Positions 8,208 through 17,320 of a DNA stretch of 64,000 bases are shown one piece after another. The number at the start of each line of letters is the position of its first letter. The stretch's first letter is position 1. The stretch comes from a bacterium (GTDB taxonomy: Bacteria > Patescibacteriota > Minisyncoccia > Phycocordibacterales > CAIZLB01): the NCBI GenBank assembly GCA_031411135.1, contig JANOAN010000007.1, positions 4,214 through 68,213 of the forward strand. The letters run 5' to 3'. Under the pieces are notes generated by a model that worked only from the letters and a program-made list of their open reading frames with translations, did no database searches and had not been told where the DNA came from. The position numbers and the translations under genes are program-made.

Positions 8208-11200
8208 ATGAATAATTTACATAAAAAATCTGAATTAAAATTATCATACTTTGTTTTATTGATAATCGTTCTAGTTTTTTCTTCCTTTTTTCTATATCAA
8301 TCAGCTAGTGCATCTACAAATGTATCGTCTTGCACTACATTAAGTAATCCTGGAGAAGTATACGTTCTTACTAATAATATAAGTAATGGTTTAGGCAACG
8401 ACTGTCTTATAATAACTGCAAATAATATTACAATTGAAGGGGGTGGTTTTACAATTGAAGGGAATATGTACGCCATTGGAAATTCTATAACCGGGTATTC
8501 TTTACTTGTAAATAATACTACAGTGGATGGTGATATTAATGGCAATGGTAATTCTAGTATTTCAGGCTCGTCTGGGGGGTCAATAACATTATCTAATTCT
8601 AATGTTACAGGAACCATATACGCAAATGGAATATTAGGAATTGATGGTAGTGGTGGTTCAGAAGGACAACAGGGTAATCCTCCACAGGATGGCGGTTCAG
8701 GGTCTGTAGGTGGCGCAGGGGGCAACGCAGGTAATGTTTTTATTTTGGCAAGTTCAAGTGTATATTCAGTTAATGCAACAGGAGGAAATGGAGGAAATGG
8801 TGGGAATGGAGGAAGTGGTGGTAATTTTAATGATGGTGAGGGTAATTCTGGACAAGGAGCCAATGGAGGTTCAGGAGGAAATGGTGGGAATGGTGGGAAT
8901 GGAGGAAACGTTTATGTTAGTTCAAACTCAAGTGTTTCGTCTTATGTATTAAATGCAGGTACGTTTGGAAATGGAGGTTCAGGAGGAATTGGTGGTACAG
9001 ATAATGGTATTGCTGGTTCAGCAGGAGATCAAGGAAATTTAGGTACTGATGGTGTAGTTTCGGCTTATATTCCTCGTGTTTCTTCCGCTACTTTGATCAG
9101 TAGGATAGTTACGCTTATATATGATCAAGAACTAGACATCAACTCGGTTCCTTCTGGTGTAGATTTTAACGTGAAAGTGAATTCTGGATCTGGCACCACA
9201 ACAAATATTGTTTCCTCTGTATTTATTACAGGAACCTCCACAATTGTACTCACTCTCTCAGACTTGGTTTCTCCGAGTGCTTCTGTGACCATAGACTATT
9301 CTCCAGGTTCGTCTCCAGTTCAAAATCTCGCCGGAGATGACGCTGAACAGCTTTCCAATTATCCAGTCTACAATAATACCGCAACAGTCTTAAATAGTGC
9401 GAATATTTCTTATTATATTTTAACCCTTCAATATAATAAAACACTGAATTCCACCTCAACCCCATCAGTTTCAGATTTTTCAGTCATGTCAAATGGCGCT
9501 ACAACCACCATTAACTCGATCCAAATTAGCGGTTCTAATATATTAATAAACCTTTCTGCGGCTGTAGGTGCCACAAGTACTGTTACTGTAAGCTATACGC
9601 CAGGGGTAAATCCTATTCAAGATCTTTTGGGAAATAATGCACTTGCTTTTTCTAATATTGGAGTAACAAATAATACTCAGGGACTCAATTGTTCTTACTC
9701 TGTCGGGACTACCCGTGAGTCAGCTATATATAATGATACTTTATATAAACCTGGAAACGGATCAGTTGTGGTGTTCGTAAATAGTCGGATTCCCACACTT
9801 CTTAAGACTATAACTGTTGGTGGAGGTGACGGGTATCCTGTCAAAACAGTTAGTTCCAATCGAAAAGTTTATGCCATAGGTACTAGTAATGATAAAACAA
9901 ATATTAGTGTTATTGATCCCGTATTAAACACTGTTACCTCCACAATCGTTTTGCCTTACGTACCTAGGCACGCAATTTCAGTTGGAAAAAAACTTTACGT
10001 ATTTAATAACTCGAACAAAATGTCCATTATAAATACGGCTAATGATAGTCTTGCTTCTACAATTACAATAGGTACAATTAATACACATATTGCCGATGCA
10101 GTTATATTGGGAGATAAATTATATATAGGCGAAAATGAAGGATCGGTTGGAATATATGATACATCGACCGATACAGAAATTACTACTATTACAGGTTTGG
10201 GTGGTTCATTATCAAAATTGGCCGCTGTGGGGAATAAGATCTATGTATTTAGGGATTCAAGTAGTGCTGTAAGTGATACCATTATTGATGGTACAACTAA
10301 TGCAACAACCACTATACCTTCAACGAGCGGAGGATTTTCTTATGGCGTAATTGGAAAGAAGATATATGCCGCAAATTATGGAGGGGGATCTGGAACCAAT
10401 GTTGTTGATGTTATAGATGCAGACACCAACTCGAAAATAACTACGATTGGTAACTCTACACGTGGCGCATACTATCTAGCCGTTACAAAAAATAAAAAAG
10501 TTTATGTGCCAAATGCGAATACTCCTAAAAAAATAACCGTGATTGATTCTAGAACCGATTCTGTGGTAAAAACTTTTGATAGCGGACAAGAAACTTTTTA
10601 TTCGGCACTGGCTTTTGGAACAAATGTGTATGTTAGTGCCCTTGCGGAAGCAGGTTCATCCAAAACTATCGATTCCCGAGTTGATGAATACTATAATAGT
10701 TGTCTTCCTGAGCTCTCATCCTTTAATAGCAATTCATTGGATGGAGTTTACACTACTGGTCAAAATATCAATATAATTGCAAACTTTAATAAAGTACTTG
10801 GACCGGGGTCAACTATAACTATTAGATTAAATACAGGTAGAAATGTTACTTTGAGCACCATCAGTGGTACTTCAAGTCTCTCTGGTACGTATACAGTAGC
10901 ATCAACGGACTTGGTAGAGGACTTGACTGTATCAAGTATTGTTACCGCTTCAATCATGGATTCTAACTTGACTGGTATTCGTACAGTAATGGAAGTTCCC
11001 GACTCTCCTGATTTATCGACAGATCCAAAGTACAACCTTGGTGATTTAAAAAATATTTCTGTCCGTTCTCCGCGTACTAGTATTCAAGTTGGATCTAATC
11101 CTTATCAAATGGTAGTTATTGGATCAAATATTTACGTAGCAAATATGGGTTCCAATAATATTTCAATTATAAATACTAATAATAATACTGCCTCAAGCAC

Positions 11201-12455
11201 TACTATTTCAGTTGGAAACAAGCCGTATGGACTAGCCATCTCAACTTCCACTAATGAACTTTATGTTGCAAATATTGCAGACGACACTGTTTCTGTTATT
11301 AATCTTGGCACAAACACCGTTACAAACACTATTAGTGTCGGGGTAGAACCATATTATGTTGCAAGCTCAGGAAATAAAATATATGTTACTAATAATCTTT
11401 CAAACACAGTTTCTGTAATAAATACTTCTACGCATACTGTTACTAATACAATAGGAGTAAATAATGGCCCCAGGGGGCTTAGTTTACATGGTACAAATTT
11501 ATATGTCGCAAATTACGGTGCGGGTTACAATGCAAACTCTTCTTTAGGTACTGTTTCAGTCATAAACACAAATACAAACGCAGTTACAAATACAATCAAT
11601 GTCGGAGCCGGTTCCCGAGGTGTAGCTGTTTTGGGTAATGAAGTTTATGTAACAAACTACGATGATAATACAGTTTCAGTCATAAACACAAATACAAACG
11701 CAGTTACAAATACAATCAATGTAGATAGGGGTCCTAGAGGAATTAAAGCAAACGGATCGAATGTTTATGTGGAAAATTATTTAGACGGAACCATTTCTAA
11801 AATAGATCCAAGTACACACACAGTATCTAAAACTTATGAAGCCTCCAACGCTCCCGCCGGAATAACCATGGTTGGTACAAATATATATTATTCAAGATTT
11901 ACCGATGGGTTGGTTTCCATAATAAGTACTGAGGAAGACGTTGCAATTCCAGTTATTTCATCTGAATCTCCAAACTTAAGTCAACAAACAGGTGGAGGGT
12001 CTACTAGCGGAGGTGATGTTACCATCATCCATAACAATAAACTTACACCAAATAATCCACAAGTCTGTACTCCTGGATCCTCATTCAACATTTTAACCGG
12101 AGCACCATGCTCTCCAGCTTCGGGGAACTTAACTCCCCCCAAAGGAACGGTTGTCACTGGAACAGCCTTAACCTCAGCCGGAGTTCCATCAGGCTTTAGA
12201 TTTAATAAAAATTACGCAGTCAATTCAGTTAATAATGATATTTTAAATTTACAAGTTTTTCTAAACGTGGTTGGTTTTCCAGTCACAAAAACTGGGTTCG
12301 GGTCACGCGGACTTGAAAATCAAAGATTTGGTCCTGCGACACAATCTGCCCTCGCCAAATTCCAAAAAGCCAATGGTATCAAACCTGCTGTGGGATATTT
12401 AGGTCCGATTACCAGAAACTTCATTAATGTCATGTTGAAGAAGTTGGGGTTGTAG
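8208..12455 (+). CDS. giant secreted surface protein (1415 aa): N-terminal TM/signal, Gly/Asn-rich beta-helix-like repeats, Ig-like domains, YVTN-type beta-propeller repeats, C-terminal peptidoglycan-binding (PG_binding_1-like) domain
   Basis: Hydrophobic N-terminus; (GNGGNGGNGGSGG)n repeats; repeated …LYVANYG…TVSVINT…TNAVTNTI… units (YVTN beta-propeller type); C-terminal …FGPATQSALAKFQKANGIKPAVGYLGPITR… resembling PG-binding domain 1. Confidence 0.8.
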   Translation: MNNLHKKSELKLSYFVLLIIVLVFSSFFLYQSASASTNVSSCTTLSNPGEVYVLTNNISNGLGNDCLIITANNITIEGGGFTIEGNMYAIGNSITGYSLLVNNTTVDGDINGNGNSSISGSSGGSITLSNSNVTGTIYANGILGIDGSGGSEGQQGNPPQDGGSGSVGGAGGNAGNVFILASSSVYSVNATGGNGGNGGNGGSGGNFNDGEGNSGQGANGGSGGNGGNGGNGGNVYVSSNSSVSSYVLNAGTFGNGGSGGIGGTDNGIAGSAGDQGNLGTDGVVSAYIPRVSSATLISRIVTLIYDQELDINSVPSGVDFNVKVNSGSGTTTNIVSSVFITGTSTIVLTLSDLVSPSASVTIDYSPGSSPVQNLAGDDAEQLSNYPVYNNTATVLNSANISYYILTLQYNKTLNSTSTPSVSDFSVMSNGATTTINSIQISGSNILINLSAAVGATSTVTVSYTPGVNPIQDLLGNNALAFSNIGVTNNTQGLNCSYSVGTTRESAIYNDTLYKPGNGSVVVFVNSRIPTLLKTITVGGGDGYPVKTVSSNRKVYAIGTSNDKTNISVIDPVLNTVTSTIVLPYVPRHAISVGKKLYVFNNSNKMSIINTANDSLASTITIGTINTHIADAVILGDKLYIGENEGSVGIYDTSTDTEITTITGLGGSLSKLAAVGNKIYVFRDSSSAVSDTIIDGTTNATTTIPSTSGGFSYGVIGKKIYAANYGGGSGTNVVDVIDADTNSKITTIGNSTRGAYYLAVTKNKKVYVPNANTPKKITVIDSRTDSVVKTFDSGQETFYSALAFGTNVYVSALAEAGSSKTIDSRVDEYYNSCLPELSSFNSNSLDGVYTTGQNINIIANFNKVLGPGSTITIRLNTGRNVTLSTISGTSSLSGTYTVASTDLVEDLTVSSIVTASIMDSNLTGIRTVMEVPDSPDLSTDPKYNLGDLKNISVRSPRTSIQVGSNPYQMVVIGSNIYVANMGSNNISIINTNNNTASSTTISVGNKPYGLAISTSTNELYVANIADDTVSVINLGTNTVTNTISVGVEPYYVASSGNKIYVTNNLSNTVSVINTSTHTVTNTIGVNNGPRGLSLHGTNLYVANYGAGYNANSSLGTVSVINTNTNAVTNTINVGAGSRGVAVLGNEVYVTNYDDNTVSVINTNTNAVTNTINVDRGPRGIKANGSNVYVENYLDGTISKIDPSTHTVSKTYEASNAPAGITMVGTNIYYSRFTDGLVSIISTEEDVAIPVISSESPNLSQQTGGGSTSGGDVTIIHNNKLTPNNPQVCTPGSSFNILTGAPCSPASGNLTPPKGTVVTGTALTSAGVPSGFRFNKNYAVNSVNNDILNLQVFLNVVGFPVTKTGFGSRGLENQRFGPATQSALAKFQKANGIKPAVGYLGPITRNFINVMLKKLGL
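11550..11722 (+). repeat. internal direct repeat (52-bp near-identical copies, 130-bp period) inside the YVTN-repeat region
   Basis: actgtttcagtcataaacacaaatacaaacgcagttacaaatacaatcaatgt occurs at 11550 and again at 11681. Confidence 0.7.
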
Positions 12456-12486
12456 GGGATCTTTGCTACAATAAAAGTCATATTCT

Positions 12487-14748
12487 ATGCAGCTAAAAAG
12501 CCTCGAAATTAACGGTTTTAAGTCCTTCGCCAAGAAGGGTAATTTGGTTTTTAATTCTTCGATTACATCGATTGTAGGGCCTAATGGGTCGGGTAAATCA
12601 AACGTTGCCGAGTCTTTCAGATTCGTATTGGGTGAGCAGTCCATCAAATCAATGCGAGGGAAAAAAGGTGAAGATCTAATCTTTAATGGTGGTAAGGATA
12701 CCCCTCGTGCAGGTCGCGCCAGTGTGAAATTGGTTTTCGACAACAAGAGTAAGCTTTTCAAAATGGATTTCGATGAGATCTCATTAGAGCGAGTGGTGCA
12801 TCGCGATGGTGTAAATGAGTATTTTATAAACGGTTCTCAGGTACGTTTGAAAGACGTGGCTGAAATGTTGGCACATGCAAATATTGGCTCCTCTGGGCAT
12901 CACATTATTTCACAAGGTGAGGCAGATAGATTGTTGTCATCAAATCCAGAAGAGCGACGAGAGATGATTGAGGATGCTCTTGGATTAAAAGTCTATCAAT
13001 ACAAAAAAGAAGAGAGCGAGAAAAAGCTTGAAAAAACCGCACAACATATAAAAGAGGTTGAATCACTCCGACGTGAAATTGCCCCGCATATTAGATTCCT
13101 GAAAAAACAGGTTGAAAAGATCGAGAAAGCGGCGGCACTTCGAGCAGAATTGTCCGTGCAGTACCGAGAATATTTTGCTCGTGAAGAAGCCTATTTGAAA
13201 AAGGAAAAGAAACGACTTACCGATGCAGCTATTGAGCCCAGACATGAACTTGAAAAAATTGAAATTGAATTAACTCATCATAAAAAGGTACTAGATGAAA
13301 TGTCTAAAGGTGACAATAACCACACTCATTTGTTGGAATTGGAAAAGTTAATTACAACTACACGCCATAAAAAGGATGTGTTAATGCGTGATATTGGACG
13401 TTTAGAAGGCGAGATGTCTTATATTAAAAAAACTATTGAAAGCAAAATCAAAGAGGCAGAAAAAGAAAATTCAACCCATAAAATGATTTCGCTTTTACAT
13501 ATTGAATCACTTGCAAAGGATGTAAACGAGCACCTCCATGTTGTTTTACATTCTGATAATTTAGAAACAATTAAAAATTCCGCTGCAGAGATTAAACGAT
13601 TGGTTGCTGATTTTATTCATCATCATAAAAACGAGGGAGAAGCTCCGGTTGTATCAACACAATCTGACGAAGAAGATTTGCTAAAAGTCACTTCAAAAAT
13701 TTCTGAAATTGAGGATAATCTAAAAAATATCAGTACAGAAGAAAAAAAACATGAGTCAAAATACCAAGAATTAAAGTCCAAAATCGACAGAGATAAAGAG
13801 AACAATGTCGAATCCGAAAAGGCCATTTTACGCATTATGTCGCGTCAGAACGAGCTTCACGGTCTACTTCACTCTATAAAGGCAGAAAATGACCGTTTAG
13901 GCCTAGAACAGGTTGATTATGATAGGGAACTGGCTGAGGCAGGAATGCTCATAGGACGTGAAGCTATCGCGTTTTACGAGGAGGATATTGCCGCCCACGC
14001 GAATAGTGAAGAAGCTCGTTCCTTCCAGGTTGAAAGGAGAAGGGCTATCGAAAAATCAAAAATCCGCCTAGAAGAAATGGGAGGTGCCGGTGGACAAGAA
14101 GTGATGAAGGAATATAAGGATGCCGAAGACCGTGATCAATTTTTAATGAAAGAATTGGGTGATTTGATGCAGTCGTCGGAAACTTTAAATACGTTAATTG
14201 CAGATCTGACTGAAAAATTAAACGAAATGTTCAAGGACGGTATTAAAAAAATAAATACTGAATTTGATCGATTTTTTAAGTTGATGTTCGGAGGAGGGGA
14301 GGCACGTTTGGAAATTATTAAGGAAGTGAAGAAAAAGCGAAAGAAATCAGAAGATGATTTTGAGGTCGAAATGGCAGAAGAGGAAGAAGTTTCGGAAGGA
14401 ATTGATATTCAAGTCGCACTTCCACATAAGCGCACGAAGGGGCTCATGATGCTTTCGGGTGGGGAAAGGGCACTGACATCTATCGCACTACTTTTTGCAA
14501 TGTCACAAGTAAACCCACCACCATTTATTATATTAGATGAAACAGATGCAGCGCTTGATGAAGCGAACTCAAGAAAATATGGGGATATGATTGAAGCACT
14601 TTCAAAGCATTCGCAGTTGATTTTGATTACACACAACAGAGAGACAATGTCACGAGCGGGAGTGATTTATGGAGTGACAATGGCTGGAGAGGGACATTCA
14701 AAGCTACTTTCAATTGCGTTTGATGAGGCGGTGGTGGTGGCGAAGTAG
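12487..14748 (+). CDS. smc: SMC-family chromosome segregation ATPase, unusually short (753 aa, no obvious hinge)
   Basis: N-terminal Walker A GPNGSGKSN with the SMC N-box (MQLKSLEINGFKSF); long coiled-coil middle; C-terminal signature LSGGERALTSIALLFA…ILDETDAALD. Confidence 0.7.
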   Translation: MQLKSLEINGFKSFAKKGNLVFNSSITSIVGPNGSGKSNVAESFRFVLGEQSIKSMRGKKGEDLIFNGGKDTPRAGRASVKLVFDNKSKLFKMDFDEISLERVVHRDGVNEYFINGSQVRLKDVAEMLAHANIGSSGHHIISQGEADRLLSSNPEERREMIEDALGLKVYQYKKEESEKKLEKTAQHIKEVESLRREIAPHIRFLKKQVEKIEKAAALRAELSVQYREYFAREEAYLKKEKKRLTDAAIEPRHELEKIEIELTHHKKVLDEMSKGDNNHTHLLELEKLITTTRHKKDVLMRDIGRLEGEMSYIKKTIESKIKEAEKENSTHKMISLLHIESLAKDVNEHLHVVLHSDNLETIKNSAAEIKRLVADFIHHHKNEGEAPVVSTQSDEEDLLKVTSKISEIEDNLKNISTEEKKHESKYQELKSKIDRDKENNVESEKAILRIMSRQNELHGLLHSIKAENDRLGLEQVDYDRELAEAGMLIGREAIAFYEEDIAAHANSEEARSFQVERRRAIEKSKIRLEEMGGAGGQEVMKEYKDAEDRDQFLMKELGDLMQSSETLNTLIADLTEKLNEMFKDGIKKINTEFDRFFKLMFGGGEARLEIIKEVKKKRKKSEDDFEVEMAEEEEVSEGIDIQVALPHKRTKGLMMLSGGERALTSIALLFAMSQVNPPPFIILDETDAALDEANSRKYGDMIEALSKHSQLILITHNRETMSRAGVIYGVTMAGEGHSKLLSIAFDEAVVVAK

Positions 14749-14749
14749 G

Positions 14750-14983
14750 TTAAGTTTGAGATAGAGAATCTATTACAACTTCATCCACGACATCATATGA
14801 GTAAATTTCTTTTTTATTTCCAAGTTTATCTTTGACGACAACATGGGAACTTTTTGTGGGCTCGTTTTCAACGATTTCGAATTCCTCACCATTGGTATAA
14901 AAAATAGTACCAGGTCGTAATAGGCCAACTTGAGTTTGTCTCGTTTCAATATTTTGTTGTTTCGCTTTTTCTAGATCGTTCAT
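14750..14983 (-). CDS. small hypothetical protein (77 aa)
   Basis: ORF only; no recognisable motif. Confidence 0.3.
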   Translation of the reverse strand: MNDLEKAKQQNIETRQTQVGLLRPGTIFYTNGEEFEIVENEPTKSSHVVVKDKLGNKKEIYSYDVVDEVVIDSLSQT

Positions 14984-15036
14984 ATGTTGCTTAAAATTAT
15001 ACTATATCTTGTTTCAAAAATGAAAGTACAGAACAA

Positions 15037-15078
15037 ATAAAAAAACACCCCGCAATGCTACTAAGCAATTGCGAGGTG
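15037..15078 (-). terminator. intrinsic terminator (minus strand)
   Basis: Read on the minus strand: cacctcgcaattgc-ttagtagc-attgcggggtg followed by T9. Confidence 0.55.
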
Positions 15079-15412
15079 ACTCTTTGCGGCGGTACGCTAA
15101 CGGTGGTTTTTTTCCACACGGTTTTATGTTTTTTCCTGGTTTTCTCCAGGGTCTCCATTGAATGAGTCGGGTCGTTTTTGTTGCCTCGTGGCAAGCCCAC
15201 GTAAAGACAAAGTGAGGGGACCCCTCTAACCTTTGTCTATCCAGATGATTCCCAACGCTTTTTGCTCCGCCAGTCTAAGCTACTTACTACCCTTTGTTTT
15301 TATTACATGAGGGCAATAGTTGTTCTCGGACCTTTAAGGCTACTAAGCGCCAGAAACCTCTCAGTTTCGTGGATTCTTCTTCTCCTTTCTTGTTCGGGGT
15401 TTAATGTACTAA
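15040..15412 (-). ncRNA. candidate ~370-nt non-coding RNA (unidentified family) between a consensus promoter and an intrinsic terminator
   Basis: GC-rich relative to the genome (~50% vs ~35%). No credible ORF. Nested hairpins, e.g. gacaaag-tgaggggacccctc-taac-ctttgtc. Bounded by a minus-strand -35/-10 promoter and a terminator. Confidence 0.3.
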
Positions 15413-15418
15413 GAACAT

Positions 15419-15448
15419 ATACTAACATGACTATATATTTCTGTCAAG
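15419..15448 (-). promoter_or_regulatory. sigma70-like promoter on the minus strand (TTGACA-N17-TAGTAT)
   Basis: Minus-strand TTGACA at 15448-15443, 17-nt spacer, TAGTAT at 15424-15419. Confidence 0.4.
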
Positions 15449-15479
15449 CGCCCTAAAAATCCTTATAAAATAAGCCATT

Positions 15480-15767
15480 TTACCCAAACAAATACGAATG
15501 ACTCCCAATATCCGCCAAGAGGAGAATAAGCAAATCTTTTTCAATCTTATATATCAAAAGTAAGTCACTTTGCACGTGACATTCCCTGAATCCATCGTAA
15601 TCTCCGTGTAAAGAATGATCTTTGTATCGTGGTTCCAATTTTTGCCCTGAGGAAAGAGTATTGATTACTTTTTCTAGATTTTCAAATACCGCGGGTTTAA
15701 TCCTTCCTGCGAGTTCTAATCTCTTTAATGACTTTTCGTAATTTTTTGTTTTTCTCTGGAGGAACAT
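15480..15767 (-). CDS. yafQ: YafQ-family type II toxin (RelE superfamily)
   Basis: 95 aa; YKDHSLHGDYDGFRECHVQSDLLLIYKIE…GSHSYLFG closely matches the conserved core of YafQ. Confidence 0.7.
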   Translation of the reverse strand: MFLQRKTKNYEKSLKRLELAGRIKPAVFENLEKVINTLSSGQKLEPRYKDHSLHGDYDGFRECHVQSDLLLIYKIEKDLLILLLADIGSHSYLFG

Positions 15768-16029
15768 TTTCTGGATCTAATATATCAGCCATTAATTCTC
15801 TTGCATTTGTATAGGATTTCCCATACTTTAGCGCCCACGCAACTTCCTTGTCCCACTCTGCTCTGATTTGTTTTGGAGTTCTTTTTGGTGTGAATGGAAG
15901 ACCTTTCTCCACAATCACCTGAGAGAGAAAAGTCTTTACCGCAGAGGTCATATCAAGACCGATCTCCGCCAATATCTTTGCAGAATCAGTTTTTAATTTT
16001 TCGTCTATACGAATGTTTAGAGTTGTCAT
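15697..16029 (-). CDS. dinJ: DinJ/RelB-family antitoxin
   Basis: 110 aa; N-terminal RHH-like NIRIDEKLKTDSAKILAEIGLDMTSAVKTFLSQV; lies directly upstream of yafQ (ORFs overlap by 71 nt). Confidence 0.65.
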   Translation of the reverse strand: MTTLNIRIDEKLKTDSAKILAEIGLDMTSAVKTFLSQVIVEKGLPFTPKRTPKQIRAEWDKEVAWALKYGKSYTNARELMADILDPENVPPEKNKKLRKVIKEIRTRRKD

Positions 16030-16070
16030 ATATCAAGTATAGACAATGTACATACAATGTCAATACACCA

Positions 16071-16733
16071 TTATTCAACAATATACCCACGCCCAGGCAC
16101 TGTTCTAATCAAAGTATTCCTTCCACCATCTAATTTTTTCCTCAAATTTCTAACATGCGCTTCAATTGTATTTGAAAAAGGATTGGTATCATTTTCCCAA
16201 ACGCTTTCATTTATATACCCACGACTGACTACGCGTCCTCGATTTCTAGCAAAGCATTCTAAAAGCATAAATTCTTTTCTAGTTAAATAAACCCTTCTTC
16301 CTTTTCGGGAAACACTTTGTCTTGTTGAGTCTATATCAATATCGTCTATTGCAAGTGTTGTAGAATTAAAAATTTGTGGCCTGCGGGTGATTGCTCGAAT
16401 TCTCGCTAGAAGTTCACTAAATGAAAAAGGTTTTTGTAAGTAGTCATCTGCGCCGGCCTCAAGTAATGCCACCTTTTCAGGTATTTTGTCGCATACGGAA
16501 ATCATTATAATAGGTGCATTTCTGTTTGCGTGTCGTATTTCTTTGCACACCTCTAAGCCGTTCCTCCGCGGAAGCATGTAATCCATTACTATTAAATCGT
16601 AATAGTTTGTTCGAGCCATGTATGATGCGTCTTCTCCATTATTAACGCAGTCCACGGTAAAAAGCTCGCTTTCTAAATTTTCCCGTAAAGTTTCTCTGAT
16701 ATCATGATTGTCTTCTACCAATAAAATTTTCAT
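16071..16733 (-). CDS. OmpR-family two-component response regulator (REC + winged-helix)
   Basis: MKILLVEDN…DLIVMDYMLP receiver domain with a C-terminal wHTH; no histidine kinase gene adjacent. Confidence 0.85.
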   Translation of the reverse strand: MKILLVEDNHDIRETLRENLESELFTVDCVNNGEDASYMARTNYYDLIVMDYMLPRRNGLEVCKEIRHANRNAPIIMISVCDKIPEKVALLEAGADDYLQKPFSFSELLARIRAITRRPQIFNSTTLAIDDIDIDSTRQSVSRKGRRVYLTRKEFMLLECFARNRGRVVSRGYINESVWENDTNPFSNTIEAHVRNLRKKLDGGRNTLIRTVPGRGYIVE

Positions 16734-16819
16734 GTATTTTGTAATGTTATTATATTAAATAAGCCCATCTTTACAAGATCGGCTTAAATAAATATGAAGA
16801 AATAGTGTTTTATCCCCAA

Positions 16820-17314
16820 TTACAGACTTTTCACTCGAAGCTTGGTCTGTCGCTCTTTGTCTACCTTCGGAAGCTTGACGGTTAGTAGTCCTTGGTTCTC
16901 TAAAGCCTCGGCACGTTCAATATCTACCTCGTGTGGCAATACAATACTGCGTGAAAATGACCCCCAATATAGTTCCTTGTGGAAATAATCCTGATCTGAA
17001 ACCTCAGTCTCTTCTTTTCGACTGCCTTTAATGGTTAGAATGTCTCGTGAGAGGGAAATTTCAACGTCTTCGCGTTTTACACCTGGAATCATAGTTCGAA
17101 CAATGACATGAGAAGCTGTTTGATACACATCCAGTGCCAATTCTCCTTCGCCAGCTTGTTCTTCGAGCCATGTAGATGATACGCCGCTACTGCCACTTTG
17201 TTTTGTTAAATGGGTTTTTCCGTTTTTGTGTTCGTGGTCATCAATCTCTTCCGTTTCATCTTCAAGAATGACACTGCCTGTTAATCTTTCAAATAATGAT
17301 CTTTTCTTTTTCAT
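16820..17314 (-). CDS. Hsp20/alpha-crystallin family small heat-shock protein
   Basis: 164 aa; alpha-crystallin domain with the C-terminal …GLLTVKLPK motif. Confidence 0.8.
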   Translation of the reverse strand: MKKKRSLFERLTGSVILEDETEEIDDHEHKNGKTHLTKQSGSSGVSSTWLEEQAGEGELALDVYQTASHVIVRTMIPGVKREDVEISLSRDILTIKGSRKEETEVSDQDYFHKELYWGSFSRSIVLPHEVDIERAEALENQGLLTVKLPKVDKERQTKLRVKSL

Positions 17315-17320
17315 GCTTTT

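Noticed and set aside
12399-12761. 120-aa minus-strand ORF spanning the end of the giant gene and the start of smc
   Set aside because: Antisense to two well-supported genes; composition-driven.
15040-15412. Assignment of the orphan transcript to RNase P RNA, tmRNA or SRP RNA
   Set aside because: The P4/CR-I (GGAAAGUCCGGGC), CR-II and ACAGAAxCCGGCUUA motifs are not present with correct spacing. There is no tRNA-like T-arm or GGGG 5' end for tmRNA. Only loose similarity to the SRP AGGUCCGGAAGG motif. Left as an unidentified ncRNA candidate.
15262-15456. 64-aa plus-strand ORF in the GC-rich intergenic region
   Set aside because: Hydrophobic low-complexity translation with no RBS or start context. 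The region is better explained as the minus-strand promoter plus 5' part of the candidate ncRNA.
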